Shown here piece after piece: positions 10,408 through 21,432 of a stretch of DNA of 64,000 nucleotides. This stretch comes from an uncultured Nitrososphaerales archaeon (GTDB taxonomy: Archaea > Thermoproteota > Nitrososphaeria > Nitrososphaerales > Nitrososphaeraceae): positions 384,001 to 448,000 of the forward strand of contig CAVOHZ010000010.1 in NCBI GenBank assembly GCA_963695855.1, written 5' to 3'. A program made the position numbers and the translations under genes. How positions within the stretch are numbered: position 1 is the first letter of the stretch; the number at the start of each line of letters is the position of its first letter. A model generated the notes under the pieces. It did not search any database. It saw nothing but the letters and a program-made list of their open reading frames with translations, and was not told the DNA's origin.

Positions 10408-10618
10408 ATTTTATCGTCCATTTTTTTATAATTCAATCATATGTCTATTTAATCAAGTTTACAAATATAACCAATAGACATAAATTGATATAATGATCTA
10501 ATATTCAGTGAATCCATTAATATAGTTTTAGTTAATTAATCAAAAAATCCTTGTAAATTCACTATACTTGACTTGGTTATTTCACTTTAATAAAATAATA
10601 GGAAATATGAAAATTAAA

Positions 10619-11845
10619 TTACCAAGGAATCCACGGTAATACAAATGCCATTATAACTATTGATAACATTACAAGTGTTAGAATAGTCGAAGGACTAAGC
10701 CTAGTATTCTTAGTTTTGATCTTTTTTTCAAGTAGCGATCCGTACCATTGTCCTCCATCTAACATTGCAATTGGTAGTGCATTGAAAATTGCCACATTAA
10801 AATTGATAAACCAATTCCAAAACAAAAAGTTAGATATGATGGGAAAGAAATTTCCAAAAAGACTCGAAGTATAATAGGGTGCCATTAGGTCAGAAAATGG
10901 GACTATACCTTGTTGAATGGTAGGAGGCATAAGTATAGCTAATGGAGAAGACGTAAATGCATTCTTATAAATATCCAATACTAAAACTGGGTCTGGATTT
11001 AAATTCGTTAAGGAAACACCCAATATAACGTTATTTGCAGGCGAAACATCAGGAAGTTTTAAGGAACTAGAACGATTTTGATTGTCCGTCGAAGTCCACT
11101 TGATCTCAATGTAAGAACCTAAATTGTCCTTCAAAATCTCGCGGAATTTTGAAACGTCATTCATAGGTTCTCCGTTAATTGATCGCAAAACTGAGTCCTT
11201 TTCTAGTCCTATGGATTGAGCTAATGACTTATCATTAACACCCAGAATTTTTAAACCTATGTCAGTTGGCTGAGTGTTAGGAACAGGTGTAAGTGTTGAA
11301 ACTACAAAAAATAATAACAGAAGCGAGATTCCTGCCATTATCATATTATTTAGAGGTCCCGCAGTAAGAATTGCACTCTTTTGTTTGAAATTTGTTTTAT
11401 TCAATTCATCTTGCTGAATATTTACAAATGCACCAACAGGAATACCAAGAAATAGTACTATCCCAGTAGATTCAACTTTTGTATTATAGACACGTGCAAC
11501 TATTCCATGACCTGCTTCATGTATTACAATAGTAACTATCAAAGCTGCCCAACCATAGGTCCAAGGCAATATAGGGTTTAGACCAGGAATCAAAATATTG
11601 CTTTGAGGCCCGAGTTCTCTGGCACCAGCTCTCGCTGAATCATTGGAAAAGAGGATAACAATAGAACTCAATATCAAGAAAATTGCTAATGCGGTAATCA
11701 GAGGCATTAGATAAGTATTAAAATCTGCATAAATTTTTCCGATCTTTGTTTTTGCTATTTTATCAAAAAAATTTAAACCAAATGGAGTATGAATAAGTAT
11801 TAGAGGTAACTTGAGCTCGGTTTTAATACCCATATTTGTTTGCAA
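10619..11845 (-). CDS. Site-2 protease (M50) with PDZ domain
   Basis: HEAGH, AGPLNN, NALPIAMLDGG; multiple TM segments. Confidence 0.93.
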   Translation of the reverse strand: MQTNMGIKTELKLPLILIHTPFGLNFFDKIAKTKIGKIYADFNTYLMPLITALAIFLILSSIVILFSNDSARAGARELGPQSNILIPGLNPILPWTYGWAALIVTIVIHEAGHGIVARVYNTKVESTGIVLFLGIPVGAFVNIQQDELNKTNFKQKSAILTAGPLNNMIMAGISLLLLFFVVSTLTPVPNTQPTDIGLKILGVNDKSLAQSIGLEKDSVLRSINGEPMNDVSKFREILKDNLGSYIEIKWTSTDNQNRSSSLKLPDVSPANNVILGVSLTNLNPDPVLVLDIYKNAFTSSPLAILMPPTIQQGIVPFSDLMAPYYTSSLFGNFFPIISNFLFWNWFINFNVAIFNALPIAMLDGGQWYGSLLEKKIKTKNTRLSPSTILTLVMLSIVIMAFVLPWIPW

Positions 11846-11945
11846 ATATGATTGTTTGATCTAAATCCTATTTAAATCAATCACAGAGCTAGGATAGATA
11901 TATTTTAATATGAACATTTCATTATTTTTGCCTAATTGATTTTCT

Positions 11946-12596
11946 TTGATATCTAATATTCTAAAAAGATCATTTTTTGAAAGAGATACTTGCATAGTTG
12001 CCAAAGAACTCGTAGGAAAATGTCTTATCAGAAAATTGCAAAGAGAAGAGATTTTGAAGTTATCCGGAATAATAGTTGAAACAGAAGCTTACGGATATAT
12101 TGATGACGAGGCTAGCCATGCTTTCATTGGTTTAACTAAGAGAAACAGTGTAATGTTTGGAAGGGGAGGATTTGTTTATATTTATTTTACTTATGGGAAC
12201 CATTATTGTTTTAACATTTCGGCACATGCCCCTGAAATGAGCGCGGGAGCAATTCTGATCAGAGCAATTGAACCTGTCAATGGGATCGAGCAAATGAAGA
12301 TATTTAGAAATAAGAATGAGTTGTTAAATTTGGCTTCTGGTCCAGGAAAATTAACTCAAGCATTTTCTATTAATGCAAAAAACAACGGAAATGACGTAAC
12401 TAATTATAATAGTGATATTTACTTACAAGAAAATCAGAGTCAAGCAAGCATAGTAATTTGTACTAAAAGAATAGGAATACGAAAGGACATAGAAAGAAAT
12501 TGGCGATTTTTATTAGCCGAGAAGGAAGGAAATAGTATATGTATAAATAAATACGTTTCAAAGAAAAAAGAAAATCAAGATTACAAAATCTGCTAA
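11946..12596 (+). CDS. mpg: 3-methyladenine DNA glycosylase (MPG/AAG family)
   Basis: IVETEAY, DEASHA, YIYFTYGNHYCFNI, ILIRAIEP, GPGKLTQA. Confidence 0.93.
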   Translation: MISNILKRSFFERDTCIVAKELVGKCLIRKLQREEILKLSGIIVETEAYGYIDDEASHAFIGLTKRNSVMFGRGGFVYIYFTYGNHYCFNISAHAPEMSAGAILIRAIEPVNGIEQMKIFRNKNELLNLASGPGKLTQAFSINAKNNGNDVTNYNSDIYLQENQSQASIVICTKRIGIRKDIERNWRFLLAEKEGNSICINKYVSKKKENQDYKIC

Positions 12597-12608
12597 TTTT
12601 GGTACTTC

Positions 12609-13823
12609 TTAAAGAGGGCTTTGATCCGATGAGATTAAATATTTTCTGTCTCGCCAACTCACTAATCCGTTCCTGTATGATTTACTTATCCCTTTGATAA
12701 ATCCGAAAATAATAATTAAAGCACCTAAGGGGGCACCTAGAGAATAAATCTTGTCCAAAAAAAGAGTTTTCTTTGTATGTATGATGTTTGTGAATGTGAT
12801 TAGAGAAGCGACAATAACAGAAATCATAGAAACAACTAAATTTAAATTGTCAAAAGTTAACAAATAAGAAATAAGAAAATACGGGAAGAAAACAAACGGC
12901 GACAATAACAGAAAAAACAGAGATATGGATAACATTAATGCTTTTATCTTATTTTCCTTAAATAAGGGTAAAACTAATCTGTCTATCGCATCTATTAATT
13001 CCTGAGAATTACGCGCCCAAACTGCATTAACAAAATTTTCACCTCTAATCATCATCATTTTATAATTTCCTTCCTTCACTTTTTTGCCAAGGGCACCATC
13101 CTCGATTATCTCATGTTTTACAGACTGATGCGATCCTATTTTTTGATACGTGTCTCTTGTTATTATGAAATAACTTCCAAAAAAATATCCTAAGTTTGAA
13201 TGTGGGTCATTTACTTTTAATGGTGAATATCTAGTATGCAAAAAAGTAATAAGTATTGGTAAAGTAATTTTAGTGAAGAAATCATTACATAATAACTTTG
13301 GCATCAGTGTTATTGCTTGTAAATCATTATCGATCATATTTTCTACAGCTATTTTCAATGTATTTTTAGAATGGTACGAATCAGCGTCCGTAAAAAGTAA
13401 CAAACTTCCACTCGACTTTATATATCCATTAAAACATGCCCAGTTTTTTCCGATCCATCCTTCAGGTCGTGGGGGGGTAGTGCATATAATAACATTAGGA
13501 TTATGTTCCATATAGTAATTCATAATATTTAATGTATCATCATATGACTCATCATTAACTATAATAATTTCGTAATTTGGATATGTTTGTTTCAAAAGGC
13601 TATCAATACAAGAGCTTAGATATTTTTCCTCGTTTCTTGCTGGCAATATAATACTTACTTTTGGATATTTATAAGATTTATTTCTATTATGATCAATAAA
13701 ATCTTCTAACTTTGGTGATTTGGATATTGAATGTAACATAAAAATAAGAAAATAAACCCAGGTGCTCAATACACCGGCCATTATAAATATCAAAATAAGC
13801 ATACAAATAAATAATTCATACAT
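12609..13823 (-). CDS. Membrane glycosyltransferase family 2
   Basis: SIILPARNEE, VNDESYD, GWIGK, FTDAD, IIED; N- and C-terminal TM helices. Confidence 0.9.
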   Translation of the reverse strand: MYELFICMLILIFIMAGVLSTWVYFLIFMLHSISKSPKLEDFIDHNRNKSYKYPKVSIILPARNEEKYLSSCIDSLLKQTYPNYEIIIVNDESYDDTLNIMNYYMEHNPNVIICTTPPRPEGWIGKNWACFNGYIKSSGSLLLFTDADSYHSKNTLKIAVENMIDNDLQAITLMPKLLCNDFFTKITLPILITFLHTRYSPLKVNDPHSNLGYFFGSYFIITRDTYQKIGSHQSVKHEIIEDGALGKKVKEGNYKMMMIRGENFVNAVWARNSQELIDAIDRLVLPLFKENKIKALMLSISLFFLLLSPFVFFPYFLISYLLTFDNLNLVVSMISVIVASLITFTNIIHTKKTLFLDKIYSLGAPLGALIIIFGFIKGISKSYRNGLVSWRDRKYLISSDQSPL

Positions 13824-14013
13824 CGCGATTGTTAAACTTTAAGTAGAATGAACCAATAAAAAATTTTACTGAATTTAATTTAATTATATTTATTCAAATA
13901 CACTTTATTATAGAAATTATGACTACAATAAAAATTCATAAATTATATACTAATTTTTGTTTATTTATTAACTTTTTAAATAATTATCAGCTAAACTTTT
14001 TATATCGAAGACA

Positions 14014-14700
14014 TTGTGGCTAAAGCAAATACCTATGCTAATAATCTTTGATGTGGAAGGAGTTTTGCTTAATGCAGAATATCTTCCAGTTTTGGCTCAA
14101 GTATTTGGTCCGGAAAAAGAAAAAGAAATCTGGGATATAACTAAACAGGGCATAAGGGGAGATATTAATTGGGAAGAGGGTTTAATAAAGAGAGTTCGTG
14201 CATTAAGAGGAATAAAATATGAAGATGCGAGGATATTAGCTGAAAATTTGGAAATTATGCCTGGAGCGAAAGATCTCTGTTCTTCGTTAAAAAAAGCAGG
14301 ATGGAAAATGATTGCCGTCTCTGGGGGATTTAGCATAATTACAGATAGGTTAAAAAATGAATTAGGACTGGATTTGATCTTCTCAAATGAGCTTATTTTT
14401 AAAGATGGAAAATTAGATGATATCGACCTTAGAGTAACTTCTGACAAGTCATTACTAGTAAGGCCGTTCATAAAACAATTCAATATTAAGAAGGAAGAGA
14501 TTGTTGTGGTAGTCGATGGGGCAAATGATTTAAAATTGTTCGACTTGGCCTCATATACTGTGGGTTTTTGTCCTGTAGACATGGTAAAAAAGAAGGCTAA
14601 TGACGTAATAGAAATAAGAAACTTATCTTTACTTAAAGGCCTCTTAGAAAAAAGATTTGGCAGGTCAATTCTAAATACAGTTCAGAGAAAAGTTTCCTGA
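14014..14700 (+). CDS. serB: Phosphoserine phosphatase SerB (HAD; start probably ATG 14035)
   Basis: FDVEGVL, VSGGF, DGANDL. Confidence 0.85.
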   Translation: MWLKQIPMLIIFDVEGVLLNAEYLPVLAQVFGPEKEKEIWDITKQGIRGDINWEEGLIKRVRALRGIKYEDARILAENLEIMPGAKDLCSSLKKAGWKMIAVSGGFSIITDRLKNELGLDLIFSNELIFKDGKLDDIDLRVTSDKSLLVRPFIKQFNIKKEEIVVVVDGANDLKLFDLASYTVGFCPVDMVKKKANDVIEIRNLSLLKGLLEKRFGRSILNTVQRKVS

Positions 14701-14703
14701 AGA

Positions 14704-15480
14704 TTGCCAGTTAGCAAGTTAGAAATAATTCCTATTTCAATTCTCTCGGAAATCAAACCAAATGACAATCTTATAGACATTATTTTAAGTTCACTGCATA
14801 AAAGTAATAGTTTGGGCATAAAAATAAAAAATAAAGATATCCTGGTTATTGCTCAAAAAATAATATCGAAACAAGAAGGAATGTTCGTGGAATTGGCACG
14901 TGTCATACCCTCCAAACAGGCACTTGAAATTAGAAAAAGTGTAGATAAAGATCCCAGGCTAATAGAACTTATTTTACAAGAATCACGGAAGATAATAAAA
15001 ATTTTTAATAAAACTATGATAGTCGAAACAAATCAAGGATTCATTTGTGCCAATGCAGGAATAGATCAGAGTAACGTGAGTAAGTATCAAGATAGAGTTT
15101 TACTTTTACCAAGAAACCCAGATCAAACAGCAAGCCAGATCAGAGAAGAAATCAAGAGAAAAACTGGAAAGGAGATAGCTGTCATTATTTCAGATACATT
15201 TGGTAGACCCTTTAGGAATGGTCAAACTAATGTAGCAATAGGTGTATCGGGAGTCAAACCTATCAAGAGTTATATTGGTAAGAAGGATATGTATGGAAAC
15301 GTCCTAAAAGTAACAGAAATTGCTATTGCTGACGAAATTGCTGGGGCTTCTGAACTAGTCATGGGAAAATCTAACAAAATTCCTGCTGTGATTATACGAG
15401 GTTTTAATTTCACTATTGCAAGAAAATCTAATATTAAAGATTTGAATAGAAAGGAAAAACTAGATATATTTAGAGGATAA
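14704..15480 (+). CDS. cofE: Coenzyme F420-0:L-glutamate ligase
   Basis: QKIISKQEG, CANAGIDQSN, SDTFGRPFR. Confidence 0.95.
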   Translation: MPVSKLEIIPISILSEIKPNDNLIDIILSSLHKSNSLGIKIKNKDILVIAQKIISKQEGMFVELARVIPSKQALEIRKSVDKDPRLIELILQESRKIIKIFNKTMIVETNQGFICANAGIDQSNVSKYQDRVLLLPRNPDQTASQIREEIKRKTGKEIAVIISDTFGRPFRNGQTNVAIGVSGVKPIKSYIGKKDMYGNVLKVTEIAIADEIAGASELVMGKSNKIPAVIIRGFNFTIARKSNIKDLNRKEKLDIFRG

Positions 15481-15693
15481 AAAATGAATTCCGCCTTAAC
15501 AATTTATCTTTTTTCTCATCAGAAAAATTTTTAGTCAAAAACGAATTCTAACAATGTTTCTTAAAATATATTAAATCTTTTATTATTTGTATGAAATGCC
15601 TTTAATATAGTAAAACTATTCTTTTTAGTATTGCACTTCCTAAAAGTCATAAACATTTTATATTACATTTAGTGTTTTATTTGTGATTACCAG

Positions 15694-15936
15694 TTGATTG
15701 ATAATATGGAATTTAAAAAGATTATCGATGTAAGAGGTCTTTATTGTCCTGAACCAGTATTTAGGACAAAGATAGAAATGGAAAAAATGTCCATCGGAGA
15801 AAAATTGAAGGTCGTTGCTGATGATCCTCAATCTGAAGAAGACATTTCTAGATGGGTAAACAGAAATGGTCATGAATTACTTTCTATTGATAAGAAAGAA
15901 CAAGATCTAGAGTTTGTAATTAAGAAGGCTAAATAA
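15694..15936 (+). CDS. tusA: TusA/SirA family sulfur carrier
   Basis: IDVRGLYCPEP, DDPQSEEDI. Confidence 0.9.
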   Translation: MIDNMEFKKIIDVRGLYCPEPVFRTKIEMEKMSIGEKLKVVADDPQSEEDISRWVNRNGHELLSIDKKEQDLEFVIKKAK

Positions 15937-15940
15937 CAAA

Positions 15941-16942
15941 ATGACTATATCTTCTACTACAGAAACGGAAATAATTCAAAGAATAGGTAATACGCCTTTG
16001 ATAGAGTTACCTAATTTTTCAGTAAAAGATGTAAGACTTTTTGCAAAATTAGAGTGGTACAATCCTTTTGGTTCTGTAAAAGATAGAGCGGCTTATTGGA
16101 TGATAAAGGATGCTGAAAAAAATGGAAAATTACGAAAAAAGAAGAGCATCATAATAGAACCATCATCAGGAAATACTGGAATCGCTTTAACTGGAATCGC
16201 TTCGTCAATGGGATATACGGTAGAAATTGTCATACCTGACAAAGTGAGCGACGAAACTAAAAAAATTTTAAGAAATTTAGGTGCAACAGTTCACGAAACA
16301 TCTGATGATTTGTGCCCTAGAGTAGGAGCAGGAACTGATCAAAGTATTGCCTTAGCAAGAGCTATATCAATTCCTAGACCTGATATTTACTATATGCCAA
16401 ATCAATACGAGAATGATGCAAATTATCTAGCGCATTATGAAAGTACCGGACCTGAGATATGGAAGCAAACAAATGGATCGGTAACACATTTTTTGACTGG
16501 ATGCGGTACTGGTGGAACCATTACTGGAACAGGAGTGTATTTAAAAGAGATGAATCCGAATATAAAAGTCATCGCTATTCAAGCACAAAAGAATCATTTG
16601 TTACAGGGCTTGAGAAATTTTGAAGAATCAGCAATGCCTGAACTTTTCAAAAAGCGAGAAAGTGTGGTAAATGAATGGTTTACTGCAACAAACGATGAAT
16701 CCTTTAACATGGTAAAAGAAGTGGCATATAAAGAAAAGCTTCTAGTTGGTCCATCTTCGGGATCCGTAATGGCTGCAATGATAAAACAAAGAAACAAGAC
16801 GGAAAAGGGAGTGATAGTAGGTATTTTTGCCGACGATGGAAGAAAGTTCAAAAGTTTGTATTTACAACAAAATATATTCTCAGAAGAAGAATATGATAGA
16901 AACCTAAAATATGCAGGTTATCTGCCAGATCTATATTATTAA
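15941..16942 (+). CDS. PLP-dependent cysteine synthase family protein (CysK/CysM/O-phosphoserine sulfhydrylase)
   Basis: IGNTPL, NPFGSVKDR, SSGNTG, GTGGT. Confidence 0.92.
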   Translation: MTISSTTETEIIQRIGNTPLIELPNFSVKDVRLFAKLEWYNPFGSVKDRAAYWMIKDAEKNGKLRKKKSIIIEPSSGNTGIALTGIASSMGYTVEIVIPDKVSDETKKILRNLGATVHETSDDLCPRVGAGTDQSIALARAISIPRPDIYYMPNQYENDANYLAHYESTGPEIWKQTNGSVTHFLTGCGTGGTITGTGVYLKEMNPNIKVIAIQAQKNHLLQGLRNFEESAMPELFKKRESVVNEWFTATNDESFNMVKEVAYKEKLLVGPSSGSVMAAMIKQRNKTEKGVIVGIFADDGRKFKSLYLQQNIFSEEEYDRNLKYAGYLPDLYY

Positions 16943-17019
16943 TAATTATTTAATCGTTATTTCCTCCAAATTTTTCATATACCATGGTACCGAAACTTTT
17001 CATTGTAAAATATATATTA

Positions 17020-18000
17020 CTATTTTTCATTTAACCATTTTTCGACATCCAAAGCAGCCATGCACCCGTAACCTGCTGCAGTAACTGCCTGTCTATAACG
17101 ATAATCATGGACATCGCCGGCAGCAAAGACACCTTCGACACTAGTTTTCGTATTTTCTTTCAACTCAATATACCCATGTTCATCCATGTCTACCTGACCT
17201 CTAAAAATTTTGGTGTTGGGTTCATGACCGATAGCAACGAACAAGCCACCAATATCTAGTTCAGTTTCTTCAGACGTTTTCAAATCTTGTATCAGTAGTT
17301 TTGATATTTTTTTTTCGCCTGTGATTTTTTTAACATTAGTATTCCAAATGAAGTCAATTTTAGGATTTTCAAACGCCTTTTCCTGAAGGATCTTACTTGC
17401 ACGAAGACTGTCCCTCCTATGAATGACTTTGACGGATTTACCGAATTTAGTCAAAAATGTCGCCTCTTCCAATGCCGTATCTCCTCCTCCCGCGACAACT
17501 ATATCCTCTCCTTTAAAAAATGGTCCATCACAGGTAGCACAATATGATATTCCTCTACCTGCAAATTTTTCTTCGCCATCTACACCTAGTTTTCTTGGCG
17601 TTGCACCTGTACAAATAAGAACAGATCTAGAAAGATATTGATTTGAATGGGTTTTGACCAAAAACGGTCTGTCTTGGAAATTGACTTCAATGGCTTCTTC
17701 ATCAATGATATTAGATCCAAACCTTTCAGCTTGTTGTCTCATATTCATCATCAATTCGGGACCAAAGATTCCATTTGGAAAACCCGGGTAATTTTCAACT
17801 TCGCTAGTAGTCATTAGTTGACCTCCTGGAAGTGAACCTGTAATAATCAAAGTATTAAGTTTAGCTCTCGATGTATAGGTAGCTGCAGTATATCCTGCTG
17901 GGCCAGACCCTATAATAATGACATCAAAGTAGTTTAGATTATTGCCAGAATGATCTTCGAAAGTCGTGTTATTGATATCATCATCCTCGTCTTTTTGCAT
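17020..18000 (-). CDS. trxB: Thioredoxin reductase
   Basis: GSGPAGY, CATCDG, GGGDTA, HRRD, RQAVTAAG. Confidence 0.97.
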   Translation of the reverse strand: MQKDEDDDINNTTFEDHSGNNLNYFDVIIIGSGPAGYTAATYTSRAKLNTLIITGSLPGGQLMTTSEVENYPGFPNGIFGPELMMNMRQQAERFGSNIIDEEAIEVNFQDRPFLVKTHSNQYLSRSVLICTGATPRKLGVDGEEKFAGRGISYCATCDGPFFKGEDIVVAGGGDTALEEATFLTKFGKSVKVIHRRDSLRASKILQEKAFENPKIDFIWNTNVKKITGEKKISKLLIQDLKTSEETELDIGGLFVAIGHEPNTKIFRGQVDMDEHGYIELKENTKTSVEGVFAAGDVHDYRYRQAVTAAGYGCMAALDVEKWLNEK

Positions 18001-18142
18001 TGTTATTATTAAGAAAATAGACTGATTAATAATTTGTTCGCGTAGAATAAAAAAATACGCTAAATTCTATTATAATCAACAATGAAAATAAAAATTGAAA
18101 AAAAATTGATTGATAAAATCTCCTTAAATCGATTATTTTTGT

Positions 18143-19006
18143 CTAGATTTTATAATCTCTTAAGATATATGTGTGTTTTTTACAGAAAGTTTTGCTTTTG
18201 CTCAATCTCATTAGATCTTCTTGCCAATGAGAATTAAAAAGCCTACAATTAGTATCTTCACAAAAAGCCTCACCATCTTTGAAAAAATAAATGGATTGTA
18301 TCACTAGGTTTTCGATTATTTCATTTATCATCCAATCGTTATATTCGATAAATCTTCCTTTATATTGCTCGTCAAGTTTTTTAGCTACTTCAGGATCTGG
18401 AGAAAATTGTACCAACTTTAAGTAGTAGTCCTTAGGTTTGGCGGGCCCTTCTAATATTCCTGATGTGGATATAATTGTTGGATTTCCTAATATAATATAC
18501 CTTGCATGATATCTCCAATCCGTTTCTTCAAAAGTACATATCAACTTATCAGTTATAACGATAAACAAATTTGAAAGATCCAATTCCAAGCTTTTATTAT
18601 TGAGAATTTCTTGATAGATTTTTTGTAAAATAAAACCATCATACATCAGTGGTTCTTTGCTATCATTTTTAAAATTTTCCTTGTCAATTTCAATACTATT
18701 GGGTTGACCAATCCCTAGATCTTTTTTATGGTGACTCGTTTTCAGTTTGTTGTTATCGACATTTAATATATTGTATATATTCAATTCATTTTTCAAATTT
18801 TGAATAATCGATTGGTTTTCAATATTGTTTATTTCATCTTGTATAAGTATTCGAAGAGGTATTAAAAAAAAATCATCTTTAAATTTTAGTTTTTCAAAGG
18901 ATATACTTGAAAATATTTTCTTTAAAGAAAGCAGAATTTCATCAATATTTATTTTTGTCCACTTCGATTCGTTATGAATGAAAATATGAGTATAGAAATC
19001 ATTCAT
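18143..19006 (-). CDS. Conserved hypothetical, archaemetzincin-like putative metallopeptidase (DUF6775-like)
   Basis: TFEETDWRYHAR, ISTSGILEGPAKP, C-terminal CEDTNC...FCKKH metal-site pattern. Confidence 0.6.
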   Translation of the reverse strand: MNDFYTHIFIHNESKWTKINIDEILLSLKKIFSSISFEKLKFKDDFFLIPLRILIQDEINNIENQSIIQNLKNELNIYNILNVDNNKLKTSHHKKDLGIGQPNSIEIDKENFKNDSKEPLMYDGFILQKIYQEILNNKSLELDLSNLFIVITDKLICTFEETDWRYHARYIILGNPTIISTSGILEGPAKPKDYYLKLVQFSPDPEVAKKLDEQYKGRFIEYNDWMINEIIENLVIQSIYFFKDGEAFCEDTNCRLFNSHWQEDLMRLSKSKTFCKKHTYILRDYKI

Positions 19007-19055
19007 TCTTTACAATAACTTTTAAAAAAGGTAATAAAAAATGGTTCTCAGGGAC

Positions 19056-19865
19056 CTAATTCTGGATTTGAGGTAATTCTTTTAATTTGTTTGCTGCAAT
19101 TTCTGCTGCCTTTTTACCTGACAGTAACATGGATCCAAAGGTTGGGCCCATTCTTGGCAATCCGTGTGTTTCAGTTACAGACATGCCCGTTGCAATCAAT
19201 CCAGGAAAAACTTCCCCAGTATAATTCACAACTGCATCTTCGCTTGTATCTACCCACATTGGATCCATTCCTTTCCACTTTACATAACCTCGTTCCATTA
19301 ATCTTTTTACTGCAACCGAATCATGACCAGAAGCGTCAATGACTATCTTACTCTCAAATGCTATGGGATCGACACAGGTAATATTTCTTGGTAAGGCAGA
19401 TACTGGCATCCAATTAACTACTACACCGCCTACCCGTTTATTCTTTATAATCAGATCATCAAATTTTGTCAACTGTAAAAATCTAACTCCTGCGTCACAT
19501 GTAGCTGCTATTAATTTAGAACATGCATGGGGTCCCCATGTCGCATACAATCCTTCTCTTATAGTTCTATATGGTACTCCTAGTTCATCCCATATCTTCT
19601 GAGCAGGTGCTCGTACTGTAACAGGATTCATCATATATCCACCTACCCAGTATCCCCCCCCGATGTAGTTATTTTGTTCAATGATTAGTGTTTTAATTCC
19701 GAGTCTTCCAAGTTCTCTTCCTGCCGACAAACCAGCAGGTCCTGCTCCAATAATAATTACTTCAGAGTCGGTATACTCGTTCATAGTCTCCATAAACATT
19801 CCAGCAATTGATCTGCTAATTTCTTTCTCGCTGACGTCAGCAAAAATTTTTGGCATAAAATACAT
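19056..19865 (-). CDS. thi4: Thi4 thiazole synthase
   Basis: GAGPAGL, TCVDP, DASGHD, RMGPTFGSMLLSG. Confidence 0.95.
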   Translation of the reverse strand: MYFMPKIFADVSEKEISRSIAGMFMETMNEYTDSEVIIIGAGPAGLSAGRELGRLGIKTLIIEQNNYIGGGYWVGGYMMNPVTVRAPAQKIWDELGVPYRTIREGLYATWGPHACSKLIAATCDAGVRFLQLTKFDDLIIKNKRVGGVVVNWMPVSALPRNITCVDPIAFESKIVIDASGHDSVAVKRLMERGYVKWKGMDPMWVDTSEDAVVNYTGEVFPGLIATGMSVTETHGLPRMGPTFGSMLLSGKKAAEIAANKLKELPQIQN

Positions 19866-20028
19866 CCATAAATAGATTATATATTATTAATGCACAATAT
19901 GAAATTATTTTATCACAAATTAATATGAAACAAAATAAACAGAATCATAAATATAATAAAGAATAATCATTATTGTTTACCTGTTTTCTAGCCTCTTGGG
20001 TATTGAAACTATATAATCTTTAAGAGGG

Positions 20029-21318
20029 TTAGTTAGTACTGTTCAACATATCATCAGAAACATGATGTCCACGGATTTTACTATCAATCTCGTTTATCAT
20101 AGATATGAAATCAGTTTTGTGCGAATTGAGATATTCTTGTCCTTTGTCCTTTAATCGATTTTGGTAAAGTCTGAGATCACGATGTTCATTAAAGAATTTT
20201 TCGATCATCAAACTTCCATGAACTGTTGGATTGATTAGCTGATCGAAATACTCCATAGTAAGATGAACATCCCCATTTTCAACCGAATTTCTTACCCTAT
20301 TTAGTAACTCGGAAATATCTTTTAGTTGTTGCATTGGAGGAGTTATTTCTCTCGATTTACCCATAAAACCGGATCTTTTTACTGTACCTACTTTTGTGGC
20401 AAGTTCCTTTGCCACTTCATAATATTCTTCTTTGCTGAAGAGATTTTTCTTTACCTTTCTGATTACCAACCCCTTCATAGTTAATTTTAGTAGAGCATCA
20501 TCCACTTCGACTTTGTCCATACCCGTTATCCACACTATCTTTCCAGAATAATCATAACCAAGGCGAATTGCTTCTAGGACCACAACCTCAACAATTCTTC
20601 TAAATCCTTCCTCAGCTTTTGCATTTTCAAAATCTTTATCCCGTACCGCTCTTTTTGAATAGGATATATCTATCTCTATAGAGCGTTTTAAAGCCTCAAT
20701 ACCATCATCTACTCTTCCATCTAATACAAGAAAACAAGCGAGATTATACCATGACATACCATCGTTATGATTGATATCTAACGCTTTTTCACAGCATTCA
20801 ACAGCTTTTTGTAGATTATCCATTCGATAATATGCTAGACCTTTCAGATTCCATGTTTCTGAATTATTTATATCCAAATCAAGGGCTTTATCATAACAGG
20901 AAATAGCAACTGTAAATTCATTCATATGAAAATGAGAATATCCTTTTTTCATCCATGCATTTGCAAATTCTGGATCTATTCTTATTGCCAATTCAAAGCA
21001 TCTGATAGCATCAACTAGCTTTTCATTCGACATATGATTAATTCCTGTGTTATAAAGGTCAAATTTCTGAATATCTACAACATTATTGATAGGTTTATGA
21101 ATAGGACTTTCAGAATCTTCTTTCCCAGATTCGGCACTCCTTTTTATTGTATTTTCTAAAGTTTTACCCTCTTGATTATCAGTATTTAGATCATGATCAT
21201 TGATAGCAGTATCTTCATTACTGATACTTTTTTCTAGTTTGGAAGGTGCTTCTCCTAGGTTAATTTTTTTTAAAATTCTCCTTCCTAAAAATCTATTCAT
21301 ATATACATATTTGATCAC
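20029..21318 (-). CDS. TPR-repeat protein with C-terminal winged-helix-like region
   Basis: AW..KG..YDKAL, WNLKG..EKAL, WYNLAC repeats. Confidence 0.85.
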   Translation of the reverse strand: MIKYVYMNRFLGRRILKKINLGEAPSKLEKSISNEDTAINDHDLNTDNQEGKTLENTIKRSAESGKEDSESPIHKPINNVVDIQKFDLYNTGINHMSNEKLVDAIRCFELAIRIDPEFANAWMKKGYSHFHMNEFTVAISCYDKALDLDINNSETWNLKGLAYYRMDNLQKAVECCEKALDINHNDGMSWYNLACFLVLDGRVDDGIEALKRSIEIDISYSKRAVRDKDFENAKAEEGFRRIVEVVVLEAIRLGYDYSGKIVWITGMDKVEVDDALLKLTMKGLVIRKVKKNLFSKEEYYEVAKELATKVGTVKRSGFMGKSREITPPMQQLKDISELLNRVRNSVENGDVHLTMEYFDQLINPTVHGSLMIEKFFNEHRDLRLYQNRLKDKGQEYLNSHKTDFISMINEIDSKIRGHHVSDDMLNSTN

Positions 21319-21432
21319 TGACGAAGATAAATAGATTATGATTAAATTAATATGGTGTCCAAAATATAGAATTTGATAAAGGAATAAAATAGAAAAGATA
21401 TTGAATTAAAAACCGAAAAAAATTATTATCTC

